64,000 nt of DNA from Octopus sinensis (taxonomy: Eukaryota), in the NCBI RefSeq assembly GCF_006345805.1, contig NC_043014.1, positions 48,794,001 through 48,858,000 on the forward strand, written 5' to 3'. Both the position numbers and the translations under genes were made by a program. Below, one piece after another: positions 1 through 15,806 of this stretch. Each line of letters starts with the position of its first letter. Position 1 is the stretch's first letter. The notes under the pieces are model-generated. The model did not search any database, was not told the origin of the DNA, and worked only from the letters and a program-made list of their open reading frames with translations.

Positions 1-466
1 TGAGTATACCAACACTAGCACCGCTGAGGGTAATATTCTCTGGGAACGCACAAAAGCCCTTTTCAGAGTTATTTACTTTGAATTGTTATTATCTCATATC
101 TGATTAGCCTGTTATTATGTAACATGCTTTACGATTTTTGTATACATACCTTATTAGTATTTCCTCCCTAGTTCTATATACTCTGGGAATGCATTAAAAC
201 CCTTTATGGGGCTACTTTATTTGAATTCTTACTATCGAGTAACTAATTTCATGTTATTACATAATTGATTTCACAATTTGGGTATTCATAACTTATTAGG
301 GAATTCCTAAAAACAAGATCCTGTGTAAGACAGTTCGGTATTCTCTGTAAATACACAAAAACCGTTTTAAGGGCTACATACTTTGTATTGTTGTTGTTGG
401 ATTAGCGAAACAATTATGAGAATGGAACCAAGGGATAACCCTTGCTTTCCCGGGAACATCAGCTAG
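1..466 (+). mobile_element. 3' part of another Helitron-like element with ~150-bp internal subrepeats
   Basis: Three related ctctg...aaaacc/gccc...tttg(a/t)att units ending cccttgctttcccgggaacatcagCTAG; a piece recurs at 4043-4140. Confidence 0.55.
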
Positions 467-879
467 GGTTAACATGGTCTGGAAAGTCAGGCAGTATTGG
501 ATTGGTTCACATCTTGCTCCATTGTTTTGGCATAGTTTTGATACTATTCCTAACACCAACCAGTTTACAGAAGGTACTGAGGGTGCGGTTTTTTTTTTTG
601 CATTGCACCAGCATTAGTGAGGTTGCCTTTTGACTTGCAAGAGTAAAGAGGCCCCTCAGCAGAGAAGGAGTACAGAAGAAGAGTGCATGCTTAATGCAAA
701 GTGTTGAAAGGATAAATTATGAAAGGAAGAGCAGGAACTTGTTTACAGTGGAAGAGATTCCTGGCTACTTTGGATTTTACATCTATGTGGGTGAAGGGGA
801 CTGGTGTGGAGCCAGAAAGAGAGGTAAATACAGTGATGAGGTACCAGAATGTATCCTTAAGATGACAAGTCCAAGAAGG

Positions 880-1085
880 TAAACAGAAACATTTTTTCAC
901 GCTCAGAGTTGCTGAAGCATGGAATAAACTGCCTGCGTCAGTTGTTGACTGCCATGACACTGCATCCTTTAAGGCCCTCATGCTTTCCGAAATCCGCCGA
1001 AACTACACCTGATTATATATACACTTTAGATGAGTTGTAGTGCACCTGAGCACTGTACACAATTATTATTATTATTATTATTATT
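880..1085 (+). mobile_element. CR1-group LINE 3' end
   Basis: RKHFFTLRVAEAWNKLPASVV...SFK, then a 3' UTR ending gcacctgagcactgtacacaa(tta)n. Confidence 0.85.
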
Positions 1086-1265
1086 AAGAGAGTGTGGAGG
1101 CAGAAATCATAAAAGATGGGTAACATAGCAACAGTGGATGAGAGAGACACAATAAAAACATGGGGTATAGGTGGTCAGATGTATGTGAGGTGTGGGGGTG
1201 AGGTGACCCTAAATATATAAATAGCACACTGTAGTCAAGTGGTGCCCCGGGGACAAGCTAATTCT

Positions 1266-1370
1266 TTATACACCATGATTGTTTGGAAGATTTCTGCAAT
1301 ACCAAAATGGGTTGACAGTCTCCAGTTCTTGTTTCATCATATCAATGACCCTTCTCACCTCCTCACATAC
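1266..1370 (-). CDS. Candidate terminal exon, unknown product
   Basis: Acceptor ttcaaattctgtctttactag|GTA; phase-0 frame VCEEVRRVIDMMKQELETVNPFWYCRNLPNNHGV*. Not phase-compatible with the 9026-9169 candidate. Confidence 0.25.
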   Translation of the reverse strand, partial: VCEEVRRVIDMMKQELETVNPFWYCRNLPNNHGV

Positions 1371-4300
1371 CTAGTAAAGACAGAATTTGAAAATTAAATT
1401 TGTGCTACCTACTTCTTAATCTTGCCTTCGTTGCAGATATAGCCTCCATTCATCCAGTTGCCTATTGTGTATGTGTTAATGTGTGCATGAGAGAGAGGGA
1501 GAGAGAGAGAGAGAAACAGATAGAGAAAATGAGAATTCCTTTAATGAGCAGTATTAAACATTTCTCAGAAATTTACATTACATACCTTGCCAGCAAAGAG
1601 AAATAAGAAAAAATTAAAAAAATAAATTTAAAAAAAACCCACACACAAAAGATATGTAAAAATTTGAAACAGGAAGCACAGAGATAAAGTAATATTATCA
1701 AGTCTGAAAAAGACCATCTGGACAAAAGGTTTGAAGTTGTTCAGCTCCCAACCAGATCACATAAATTTTATTGAAAAGGTGGCACTAGAGATAATGGTTG
1801 TGGCTGTTGTTGGTTTAGCCCTGTTAGTGAGAGGGCCAGATAGTTTAACTTCTTAGGTCAGGATGTCAGTTTATCCCCTTTGACCAGAAGGCCAGAAAGT
1901 TTATCCCCTTTTGTCAGAGGCTGGTTAGTTCAGCCTCGTAAGGCAGAGGGTTAATTTAGTTTGGTTAATCATGAAACGATGGCTCTGAGGAAGTAACAAC
2001 ACAGTATCAGAAAGTGTGAACAAAAATACTCATCAATTACTAAGGAAGTATGTGAGATCGTTGAAGCTTCTAGAAAATAGGGACATTACTTCTAAGATAA
2101 ACATTTACAACCTCAACTATTTAGTCTACAGTTCTACTATAATTAGTTCTAAGTGAAAGAGTGTGGCTTAGTAATTAGAGTATTCAGCTCACAATTGTAA
2201 GGCTGTGAGTTCAATTCCCAGCAGCATGTCGTGTCCTTGAGCAAGACACTTTATTTCACACAACTCCAGTTCACTCAGCTGGCAAAACTGAGATGTACCT
2301 CAGAAGATAATCCTAAAGAGTTATCCCTGAAAAGGGTGGATAGTTTTTATCAAATGGTTTTTGTTATTTGAATCGAACACACATACATATAAATACTTAT
2401 ATACGATGGGCTTCTTTCAGTTTCCGTCTACCATATCTACTCACAAGGCTTCGATTGGCCCGAGGCTATAGTAAAAGATACTTGCCCAAAGTGCCACACA
2501 GTGGGACTGAACCTGGAGCCATGTGGTTAGTAAGCAAGATACTTACCACACAGCCACTCCTACGTCTAGTATGTTGACTATTACTGACAAATGTGGTGGA
2601 TTTCCTTGTTTTCTTGTAACACCATACCACTCAACACCTTTATAGTTTAAGCCTTTTTAGGATACTCAGGTACATACATTGAAAATGAGTGGTAACCTTC
2701 ATGTCTCAAGAATTAGGCACCTTCTGTTACATGAATAAGGAATGGGCACTAGTTGTTCCATTTCCTAAAAACCTCATGAAAGTGGTCAGGCATAAACATA
2801 TAGCAACATCATCATAATTTAACGTCCGTTTTCCATGCTAGCATGTGTTGGACGGTTTGACCGGGGTCTGGGAAGCCAGGAGGCTGCACCAGGCTCCACT
2901 CTGATCTGGCAGTGTTTCTACAGCTGGATGCCCTTCCTAACACCAACCACTCCATGAGTGTAGTGGGTGCTTTTTACGTGCCTCTGACACAGGTGCTAGG
3001 GGAGGCTGGCAGCAGCCACGATCGGTTGGTGCTTTTTACATGCCACCGGCACAGGTGCCAGGGGAGGCTGGCATCAGCCACGTTCGGATGGTGCATTTTA
3101 CGTGCCACCGGCACAGGTATCACAACTACAATTGATATTTATTTTGATGTTGATTTTCTGCAAAACCATACTACTGTCTGCTTTGGCATGGTTTCTATGG
3201 CTGGATGCCCTTCCTAATGCCAACCACTTTGCAGAGTGGACTGGGAGCTTTTCAGATGGCACCAGCACTGGCAAGGTTTGCTGTGGCATGCTTTTAGAAT
3301 GGAACTATCAAATACATGTTGACAGCAGGATATAGAACCGTCTATCACATGAACAAATTAGTGTAGAGAACTACCCAAAACATGTAAGCAATAGGTCTAT
3401 ATAAGACTAAACAATACATCTATTAGACACATGTAGGCAACAGGGTGTATGTTAGACTAAATCATCATCATCGTTTAACATCCGTTTTCCATGCTAGCAT
3501 GGGTTGGATGGAGCATGGGTTGGATGGAAGATATACTTATCTAATTCATGTACGCATATACTACACTAAATAGTTTTGAATTGTATAGAGGAAGGAAGGA
3601 AGGAAAGAAGGAAGTCATGTTTCAAACTTGACATTGGACCTTGAAAATGAATATTAAATTACAATGATGATGATGATGGTGATGATAATATGGAAATTCT
3701 GTTTCTTAAGTGGAATCATGTTTACATCATACACAGGCAACCTTCAACCCTCCTTTCTGCCACTAAAACTATTGAAACAAGATTTAAGAATGAGGAAGGT
3801 GGGGAAGACAAAGAGGGGAGAGGAAACTTTAGAGAAAGATTATTTGAAATAACATTCTTGTTACATCAGTAAAAGAGTTGACGGAACGGCGGGTGGGGGT
3901 GTAGGGAGATATTTATTTAACTCATCATCAGCATAATCATTTAATACCCGTTTTCTATGCTGGCATGGGTTGTTTGTTTGTTCCTTCTTGAGCCACGCCT
4001 GGCTCATAAGGGCCGGTTTCCCTGGTTTCCTTGGCGTATAGGTTCTCTGTAAATGTACAAAAACCATTTTAAGGACTATATACTTTGTATTGTTGTTATT
4101 GGATTAGCAAAACAATTGTGTGAACGGAACCCAGGAATAAACATCAATGCATAGTGGTATTTTGTCAGTCTTCACGTTCCGAGTTCAAATTCCGCCGAGG
4201 TCGACTTTGCCTTTCATCCTTTCAGGGGTGCTAAATTAAGTACCAGCTCAGTACTGGGGTCGATCTAATTGACTGGCTTCCTCCCCCAAAATTTCGGGCC

Positions 4301-4427
4301 TTGTGTCTAGAGTAGAAAAGAATATATATCTTGTTGTACACCAGTGCAATATGTATCTTTTTAAACATACATGCAATATATATTTTGTTATACATCCATG
4401 TAATATATATCTTGTTCATTTGCTCAT

Positions 4428-4910
4428 CTGATCGTGGCCGTTGCCAGCCTCACCTGGCTTCCGTGCCGGTGGCACGTAAAAAGCACCATCCGATCGTAGC
4501 CGTTTGCCAGCCTCGCCTGGCCTCCATGCCGGTGGCACGTAAAAAGTACCATCCGAACATGGCCGTTTGCCAGCCTCGCCTGGCCTCCGTGCTGGTGGCA
4601 CATAAAAAGCACCATCCGATCGTGGCCGTTTGCCAGCCTCGCCTGGCCTCCATGCCGGTGGCACGTAAAAAGTACCATCCGATCGTGGCTGTTTGCCAGC
4701 CTCGCCTGGCCTCCGTGCCGGTGGCATGTAAAAAGCACCCACTACACTCATGGAGTGGTTGGCGTTAGGAAGGGCATCCAGCCGTAGAAACATTGCCAGA
4801 TCAGACTGGAGCCTGGTGCAGCCTTCTGGCTTCCCAGATCCCAGTTGCACCGTCCAACCCATGCCAGCATGGAAAGTGACGCTAAACGATGATGATGATG
4901 ATGATGATGA
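4428..4910 (+). mobile_element. Family C retroposon (RTE-type 3' tail) with five 60-bp internal repeats
   Basis: (ccgatcgtggccgtttgccagcctcgcctggcctccgtgccggtggcacgtaaaaagcaccat)n, conserved body and (GAT)n tail. Other copies at about 2810-3130(-), 9650-9925(-), 18500-18760(+), 29430-29691(+), 30999-31290(-), 48874-49318(+), 49320-49660(-), 60295-60535(+), 61968-62177(+), 63743-63953. Confidence 0.9.
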
Positions 4911-5354
4911 GTGTGACTTAAACAGAGGAGGTATCTGAAGCAGAGTTTTTATAATTGAATGCTCTTCATTTCAGTAACCCTTCTTTGTTTTCCAAGTAAT
5001 AGACTCCTTTTTGTTTTATTCCAGATAAATGTGAAAGAGCACAGCTAGTGGATAATTTGTTGATAGGATATGCCAATTAAGTCACTAGTCACAGTCTAGC
5101 TACAAATGGCAACACCCCTATCAGTAGGCATAGCTCTGTAATCATTCATACAGCCCAAGCACGTGAACACACACACACATACACACACACACACAGTGTT
5201 TCTGTACAGCTTCAGTCTACAAAAAAACAACAGTTACAATGTTTCGAAAGTATATTGTATATTCTCATTCCCAGCTCACAACAGAGTTTTCCAAAATTTC
5301 TTTGTGAAACTCGTAACATCATACCAATATTTCAGTACTTTTCACTAACAGCAT

Positions 5355-5615
5355 GACTATGTATGTATATGCATGTATGTATATATGTATGTATATATAT
5401 GCATGTATGTATGTATATATATATATGTATGTATGTATATATGTATGTATGTATGTATATATGTATATATGTATGTATGTATGTATGTATATATGTATAT
5501 ATATATATGTATATATGTATGTATATATGTATATATATGTATATATGTATATATATGTATATATATATTATGTATGTATGTATTATATATATGTATGTAT
5601 GTATATATATATATG

Positions 5616-5647
<32 letters not shown>

Positions 5648-5735
5648 TATATGTATATATATATGTATGTATGTATATATGTATGTATGTATATATGTAT
5701 GTATATATATATGTATGTATATATATATGTATGTA
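5355..5735. repeat. (TA)n/(TATG)n compound microsatellite; similar tracts at 8105-8345 and 41575-41780
   Basis: Direct reading. Confidence 0.97.
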
Positions 5736-6516
5736 TGAGCACTGTATACAATAATTTCATTATTATTATTTTTATATATATATGTATGTATGTATGTGTT
5801 TGTGTGTGTGAATATATACACATACTTACACACGCAAACAATGCATGTATTTTAAATCAGTAATTGGAGCCCAGAAACCCTGGGGACACATGTTGCATTC
5901 ATTTAGAGAGGAAAGGAGGGAGGAAAGAGAAGGATGTTGGGGTGGGTGGTGGGGTGGAAGAGAGGAATGTAAGGGGAAGGTGGGTGGTAAACGAGAAGAC
6001 AAAAGCTGGGGTTACGACAGACAACAGAAACTTCATTGTGTTAATGTTGTTGTGAGGAACAAGGAGGTATTGAACTGCTGATCTCTCTGCATCCAGTCTT
6101 ACACTGCTATCATATAATTTGATATTTTTGGAGGAAGGTAGAATGCGATGCACTGTAGGAGAGTCACCAAACCACCACCATTACTACTACTACTATTACC
6201 ACCACCATTACTACTACTACTACTACTACTACTATTACCACCACCGTCATTTCAATTACCCACAGTACCACCACAGTCAACATACTACTGTCACCACCAC
6301 CATCATTACCTACCACACCCCACGGGCTTTTACTACCGCTGTATGTATATCATCTCACTACCACACGTGCCACCACCATTATTGTTTAAAGCTATCCAGT
6401 TGAACAGGTTTTTAAATAATCAAAATGTTATTGACGTCTGATATAACTGATATTATGAAAACCAATGTATGGAAACCTCTACATGGGCACTACGAATGAC
6501 AGAAATAAAGGCTGAA

Positions 6517-7085
6517 GGTGGCGAGCTGGCAGAAACGTTAGCACGCCGGGCGAAATGCTTAGCGGTATTTCGTCTGCTGTTACGTTCTGAGTTCAAATTC
6601 CACCGAGGTCGACTTTGCCTTTCATCCTTTCGGGGTCGATAAATTAAGGACCAGTTATGCACTGGGGCCAATGTAATCGACTTAATCCGTTTGTCTGTCC
6701 TTGTTTGTCCCCTCTGTGTTTAGCCCGTTGTGGGTAGTAAAGAAATAGGTATTTCATCTTCCGCTACATTCTGAGTTCAAATTCCGTTGAGGTCGACTTC
6801 GCCTTTCATCCTTTTGGGGTTGATTAAATAAGTACCAGTTACGCACTGGGGTCGATGTAATCGACTTAATCCATTTGTCTGTCCTTGTTTGTCCCCTCTG
6901 TGTTTAGCCCCTTGTGGGCAGTAAAGAAATAGGTATTTCGTCTGCCGTTACGTTCTGAGTTCAAATTCCACCGAGGTCAACTTTGCTTTCATCCTTTTGG
7001 GGTCGATAAATTAAGTACCAGTTACACAATGTCTGTCCTTGTTTGTCCCCTCTATGTTTAGCCCCTTGTGGGCAATAAAGAAATA
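6517..7085 (+). mobile_element. SINE family B (tRNA-derived), body tandemly repeated three times
   Basis: ggcg(g)cgagctggcagaaacgttag...gagttcaaattcc...gtaaagaaata. Other copies at about 10300-10710(-, x2), 11313-11545(+), 18760-18916(-), 20929-21160(-), 21570-21991(-, x2), 22033-22264(-), 22468-22695(-), 26759-26989(-), 45684-45830(+), 47311-47550(+). Confidence 0.9.
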
Positions 7086-7556
7086 AGAAATAAAAGCTGA
7101 ATCTCCCCACCCTCAAAGCAATTTCTGGTGTCTTGGAAATAAAAAAACAAAAAATGAAGGTTACATTGGGTAATGTTGCCCTTAACAACATTTCAAGAAA
7201 GGCTGGATGTTCACACTTGGACCACTATTGATGATAAGTCTACTGTATATAAAGGCTGACCCAACAACAAGGGTGATTGGAAAGTAACTCCCTATTTTAA
7301 AATGCTTATAATTTATTTATTAACTATAATTTTTTTTCTCAAATTTGTTGTGTACGTTCTTTAATGTATGGGAATTGATTCCATGTTTTTTTTTTTCAGA
7401 TTGATCATTTTGTTTTGCTAACCAATCACATGGTTCTGGGTTCAGTCCCACTGCGTGGCACCTTGGGCAAGTGTCTTCTACTATAGCCTTGGGCCAGCCA
7501 AAGCCTTGTGAGTGGATTTGGTAGACGGAAACTGAAAGAAGCCTGTCGTATATATG

Positions 7557-7592
<36 letters not shown>

Positions 7593-7813
7593 AGTTTGTG
7601 TGTCTGTGTTTGTCCCTTCAACATCGCTTGACAACCGATGGTGGTGTGTTTACGTCCCCGTAACTTAGCGGTTCGGCAAAAGAGACCGATAGAATAAGTA
7701 CTGGGCTTACAAAGAATAAGTCCTGGGGTCGATTTGCTCGACTAAAAGGTGGTGCTCCAGCATGGCCGCATTCAAATGACTGAAACAAGTGTAAAAGAGT
7801 AAGCCCTACACAC

Positions 7814-7995
7814 ATGACTGGATGTCTTACTGTGCAGGAGCGTGTGCAGCTAGCTGCACATTACAAAGTTTGGAGATCAGCTGTTCAAGTGCAAAGATGG
7901 TGGAGGACCATTAGAGGAAGACATGCCCAAGTTGATGCAAAAAGATAATCAAGAATTGCCATGCAAAATTTATGACTACAGGATTTGTAGCTGGT
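7814..7995 (+). mobile_element. Tc1/mariner-type transposase N-terminal fragment (DUF4817-like HTH)
   Basis: MTGCLTVQERVQLAAHYKVWRSAVQVQRWWRTIRGRHAQVDAK/IIKNCHAKFMTTG with one frameshift; family assignment by recall. Confidence 0.6.
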
Positions 7996-8102
7996 ACTTG
8001 AACTGTTCGTCCTTCCAATTCATCAAGATCCGCATATATACACAAACACACACACACATATGCACAATAGAATGAATAGCATGATTAGGTCTATGGGTGT
8101 GA

Positions 8103-8139
<37 letters not shown>

Positions 8140-8302
8140 TATAAATATATATATATATATGCATATAAATATATATATATATGCATATAAATATTTACAT
8201 ATATATATGCATATAAATATATATATATATATATGCATATAAATATTTATATATATATATGCATATAAATATTTATATATATATATGCATGTAAATATTT
8301 AT

Positions 8303-8334
<32 letters not shown>

Positions 8335-8926
8335 TTATATATGCATATAAATGCATACACATGTGTGTGTGTTAGTATGAATAGGACAGTGACCACATGG
8401 GGTAAAATTCAATACCTCCAATTTCATTTATGTATCACCATTGATAAAACCAAGAAGGAATAATTAAGTGCAAGAGAAAACCAGGATCTCTACAGTGCTG
8501 TAATGCTGACATCACCACCAACACCACCACCACTGCCTTCTCTGCTATGAAAGAGTAGTAACTTTTGCCTCCCCAACTAAACGAAACTAGAGCAAAATTT
8601 AGAGTGTTTTAACTGATTTTTGTTTGTAAACCAGCAAAGAATGACATTAGCAAGTGTATTAGGGAAGGGTGGGGCGAACAGCAGGGTAGAGAGACTGGAA
8701 CTGAAGCAGAAGATATAGCAGATAACAAAAAAAAAACCCCAAAAAAACAGACACTAGTTCTTCATAATGTCGTACATATCATACATATGAAAGGAAGAGG
8801 TCAGCACATGTTCTGCAACATGAAGAACCAGATGGGTGAAGTATGCTACATCACAAAGCAGTCTACTAGAGAGAACCAGGACATCCTTGGAGGAGAGAGC
8901 AGTGCACTTGCTCTCACTGATACTGA

Positions 8927-8984
<58 letters not shown>

Positions 8985-9025
8985 GGAGAGAGAGAGAGAT
9001 GGAAATTCTGTTACTGAGACCTTAC

Positions 9026-9169
9026 TGAATGAGGACAGTGAATGGAAGAGATACCCACACTTTAGGCAGCTGGCGGTCGGCTTCAGTGATTGGTTTAGCC
9101 GTCCATTCTCATACATACGAGTCAAAAGCAGGATTGCGGATATGAGGGCAGAAAAGGCAGCTGGATGAC
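9026..9169 (-). CDS. Candidate isolated exon, unknown product
   Basis: ttaatgactatccctag|GT ... TCA|gtaagg; 144 nt, one open frame HPAAFSALISAILLLTRMYENGRLNQSLKPTASCLKCGYLFHSLSSF; no family recognised. Confidence 0.35.
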
Positions 9170-10977
9170 CTAGGGATAGTCATTAACAGTTGTAGCTATG
9201 GAATGAACTGTTGCCTTTTCATAAATTACACACACATATACACACACACATGCAACATGTGTGGTTGTTTGGTAAGAAGTTTGTTTCTGAATCAGGGTTT
9301 CGGGTTCAAGCCCACTGCATGGCACCATGTCTTCTATTATAGTCCTAGGCTGACCAAAGCCAGGAGTGGATCTGGTAGATGAAAACTGGAAAAAACCCAT
9401 TGTGAGTGTATGTGTGTGTGTATATGATAGATAGATGTGGCAGCACATGACCTAGTAGTTAAGCTGTTGCACTCATGATCGCTAGATTATGGTTTCGATT
9501 CCCAGACCAGGTGGCGTGTTGTATTCTTGGGCAAAAACACTTCATTTCATGTTGCTCCTGTCCTCCTTTTGATCAGGGGTGAATGTTGGCCTGCTCACCT
9601 AGCTAGTGGAATGGCATCATTCAAAGGCTAAAAGGATGCAAAGCACATTCATCATCATCATTTAACGTCCGCTTTCCATGCTAGCATGGGTTGGACAGTT
9701 CGACTGGGGTCTGGGGAGCCAGTAGGCTGCACCAGGCTCCAGTCTGATCTGGCAGTGTTTCTACAGCTGGATGCCCTTCCTAACGCCAACCACTCCGTGA
9801 GTGTAGTGGGTGATTTTTACGTACCACCAGCACAGAAGCCAGTCAAGGTGGTGCTGGCAACAGCCACATTCGGATGGTTCTTTTACATGCCACCGGCACT
9901 GGTATCACAACTGCAATTTCCATTGATTAATGATCGAACATTGTGACCAGCAATTTCGTTGTAGCAACTTATGATAGTCCAGCTGGTCACGTGATTATGT
10001 GCGACAGATATACGTATGTGTTACTCCCTCCTTGCCTTGACACCATGAGATAGTTATAAGCAAATATCACTGTCATGTAAGCAATATCCTCCATTTTGCA
10101 ATCTTCTGTGAAAACATAAGCTTACTAGGAAACAGATGAGGGGTGGTGACAAGGCTATCTGACTGTAGAAGATCCGCCTCAACAAATTCCACCCAACCCA
10201 TGCAAGCATGAAAAAGTGGACATTAAATGATGATGATACAGTTACACATCTACACACACACAAAAATAGAGGTTGGAATGTAGAAGAGTATCTACATTTC
10301 TTATTTCTTTATTGTCCGCAAGGGGCTAAACACAGAGGGGACAAACAAGGACAGACAAAGGGTTTAAGTAGATTACATTGACCCAGTGCATAACTAGTAC
10401 TTAATTTATCGACCCTGAAAAGATGAAAGGCAAAGTCGACCTCGGTGGAATTTGAACTCAGAACGTAACGGCAGACGAAATACCTATTTCTTTACTACCC
10501 ATATGGGGCTAAACACAGGGGACAAACAAGGACAAACAGATTAAGTCGATTACATCGAACCCAGTGCGTAACTGGTACTGAATTTATCGACCCTGAAAGG
10601 ATGAAAGGCAAAGTCGACCTTGGTGGAATTTGAACTCAGAACGTAACGGCAGACGAAATACAGCTACGCATTTCGCCCGGCATGCTAACGTTTCTGCCAG
10701 CTAGCTGCCTTCCAGTGAAGAAATAAATATTTCAGTTTTTTAATTAACAGTTAAATGCCTCTAATTTTGGCTTTTCCTTGCATTTTCTACATTTCTGTAA
10801 GGTGGTTGGTGTTAGGAAGGGCACCCAGCTGTAAAAACCCTACCAAAACAGATGGTGAAGCCTGGTGCAGTTGTCTGCTTAGCCAGCCCCTGTCAAACCA
10901 TCCAACCTATGCCAGTACAGGAAACGGATGTTAAATGATGATGATTAAAATCTGGCCTATTTTAAAAGAATTTTAAT

Positions 10978-11150
10978 TAGGTGTCATCTGCTCTCAGGAG
11001 GTTGAATATCAGATCTTTTCTCAGCCATTTTTACACATTCACCAGATAATAGTTTTGTCCAGTCCTTGATATCATTAAACCAGTTTGTTCTGGGTTTTTC
11101 CTCTTGAGTCCAGAGCCCTTTATCTTTCCTTCTGGTAATAGTCATTGTAT
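10978..11150 (-). mobile_element. Old RTE LINE 3' fragment
   Basis: EGKIKG...PRTNWFNDIKDWT...VKMAEKR across a frameshift, ending caacctcctgagagcagatgacac. Confidence 0.65.
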
Positions 11151-12291
11151 ATCTTGTGCTTATAATAATTAGCTTCCTTTTTTAATAACAAAGAGTAATA
11201 ATCTCTTATATAAAATCAGTTCTGTCTGTCTGTCTGTCTGTGTCTTCTTGGATCTTGGGCATCCTCCATCCGATTGCACCCAAATTTGAAATGTAGATAC
11301 CGACGGTATCAAGGCGGCGAGCTGGCAGAAAAGTTAGCACGCTGGGCGAAATGCATAGCCATATTTCGTCTGCTGTTACGTTTTGAGTTCAAATTCCGCC
11401 GAGGTCGACTTTGCCTTTCATCCTTTCGGGGTCAATAAATTAAGTACCAGTTACGCACTGGAGTCGATATAATCGACTTAATCTGTCTGTCTGTCCTTGT
11501 TTGTCTCTTCTGTATTTAGCCCCTTGTGGTTAGTAAAGAAGTAGGTATCAGGGCGTGTATAAGACTTGAAAAAATTACACAAATTGATTCCAGGTGAGAA
11601 TGCAATCGATAAAGCCGTTTTTGTCCTGCTTTTCTTCCGTCAACCTGTACATAACTGCACCCTCCATTTTATTTTTTGTTGTTTTTGTACTGCTTAAAGG
11701 CACGTTTCTTTCCTTCCAAGCTTACTGTTTAAACCATGTTTGTGTTCTCCCAGTCAACAGCCTTATCATTGCTGGTAATTTAAACTCTTCGGTTGCATAT
11801 TTGTGTGAACAAAATCGTTTTTCTTTGGAATAGAAAAAAGTCTATCTTTATTTCTTCTTTTGCTGGTGTCTCAAATTTAGGTTAAATCACGGCATGACAC
11901 CTTGGGTAAGTGTTTTCTACTAAAGCCCCAGGATGATCAAACCTTTGTTGTGGATATAAGAGAGAAACTGAAAGAATCCCATCACGTGTGTGTGTGTGCA
12001 TTTATGTGCATGTGTGTATCTGAATTTGCCCCAGTGCTTCAAGACCAGTGTAGGTTCATTTATGTCCCCATAACTTAGCAGTCTCAGCATAAGAGACCAA
12101 TAGAGTAAATATTAAATTTAAAAAAACAAAAGTGCAGGATAATTTCTGAGGTGGTGCTCCAGCATGGCCGCAATCAAATGACTGAAACAAGTAAAAGAAT
12201 ACAAGAATAAGTATTGAAGTCGAATCTTTTGATTAAACTCTTCAAGGTGGTGCCCCAGCATGGCCAGTCCGACGACAGAAACAAGTAAAAG

Positions 12292-12325
<34 letters not shown>

Positions 12326-13020
12326 ATGCCAGCCAAACCTTTATGATGCTATTTCAGTACATTGTATTTCTGAGTTGTTAATATACCAAAAATTACAAGG
12401 CCTTGGAATAATCTTTGTATGATTTATTTGGATTTTGCCACAGGGCTGATATTGTACTGGTATGGGTTCACTTTAAGATTTATAGTGTTACAGCATCTGT
12501 TAAATAACCAGCACAACAACCAGAAAAAGCTTCCATTCAGACATATCTTCATAAACTGTTATCCTATACTCTCTTTTACTCTTTTACTTGTTTCAGTCAT
12601 TTGACTGCGGCCATGCTGGAGCACCACCTTTAGTCGAGCAAATCGACACCGGGACTTATTCTTTGTAAGCCCAGTACTTATTCTATCGGTCTCTTTTTGC
12701 CGAACCGCTAAGTGACGGGGACGTAAACACACCACTATCGGTTGTCAAGCGATGGTGGGGGGACAAACACAGACACACAAACATATACACACACATAGAT
12801 ATATATATATATATATATACATATATTCGACAGGCTTCTTTCAGTTTCCGTCTACCAAATCCACTCACAAGGCATTAGTCGGCCCGAAGCTATAGCAGAA
12901 GACACTTGCCCAAGATGTCATGCAGTGGGACTGAACCCGGAACCATGTGGTTGGTAAGCAAGCTACTTACCACACAGCCACTCCTGCGCCTATGTACCTT
13001 TTCTTATTATAGTGATTTGA

Positions 13021-14564
<1,544 letters not shown>

Positions 14565-15806
14565 GTTAATCCCGGGGTCAGCTCTGACTGAGCAAATGGA
14601 TGGTCAAAGGCACTCCTGCCATCTTTATTTTTCAGCCTAAGTTTACCACAGACTACATTTTCTAATGTATCCTTTTTTCTTTTTTGACAGTAAGATGTGG
14701 TTTGAGTAGAATTTTTCTGCTATTTCTAGCAGGTCAAGCAACCATATAGAAGCTCGCTTAATAAGTCCTGTCATGTCAGTCTTTTTTTGTGAGTGTTCAG
14801 AGGGGTGTGGAAGAGAGAGAGGTGTGCCAGATTAGAAAATCAAATTCCATTTTGACAATAACAACTTCAATATGAACATTGCTCTTGGAATAAAGACCAG
14901 ACTTTCATAGAATTTTAAAGAACAGCAGAAATGGTTTCGGATGGAACAGATTTCAACACTAACCTAATAGAAATGACATTTACAACTGGAATTTAATGAA
15001 ATACCATTTCAACAGAACCAATTGATAGAAGCATAACCTAGAAACCTTCAACAACCCATTTCAATTGGTTCATTGTTAAGAATTAAATAAAATACCCTCT
15101 GCCATCAATATTTCAGAGAAAACAAAGTTTGTATTATTGTTTTGCTTGAAACAAGACCTATGATCAACGATAATCCCACCATGACCATCCCATCAATTGT
15201 TTCCAAACACAATATGTATAGGATTACATTATTCAAGAGAAAGTACATGACCTACTGGTTAGGGTGTTGCACTTGTGATCGCAAGGTCATAGTTTCAATT
15301 CCCAGGCGGGCGGTGCACTGCATTCTAGAGCAAAAAGAACTTCATTTCACATGGCTCCATTCCACTTTTCTGTAAATGGATAACCTTGTAATGGACCGGC
15401 ATCCTGTTCAGAGGAATTTTGTGATCTTGGTCATTTATATGGCAAGGAAACCAAATGATTGGTTCTGTGGGTGCTAGACTTCACGTCTTCTTATTTCTCA
15501 TCCATTTATGGTTTTTATTATACTGTTGCTCTCCATCCTGCTTTTATATATTGTGACAGATCACCTCCACATCCTCCTTTTCAACCCACTCTTATTTTCC
15601 TAAACCTTCCCTTAACCTTTCAGCTTTCAGATTATTCCGTCATATGTAATACTTATTTTTTCAGATTCTTTTGAATTAATCATGGCTTATCTCACAGCTT
15701 TGAAATTTTGATGAAGCAATAGTTTATATTTAGAATAACATAGTGGGATATGTGTAGGATAGGTGTGAAATGCCAGATCTAGTCAGTTTGAATATAAAGC
15801 GAAGTA

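Noticed and set aside
5332-5863. Y/I/H/M/V/C-rich ORFs on both strands (also 39.4-41.9 kb)
   Set aside because: Translations of TA/TATG microsatellites.
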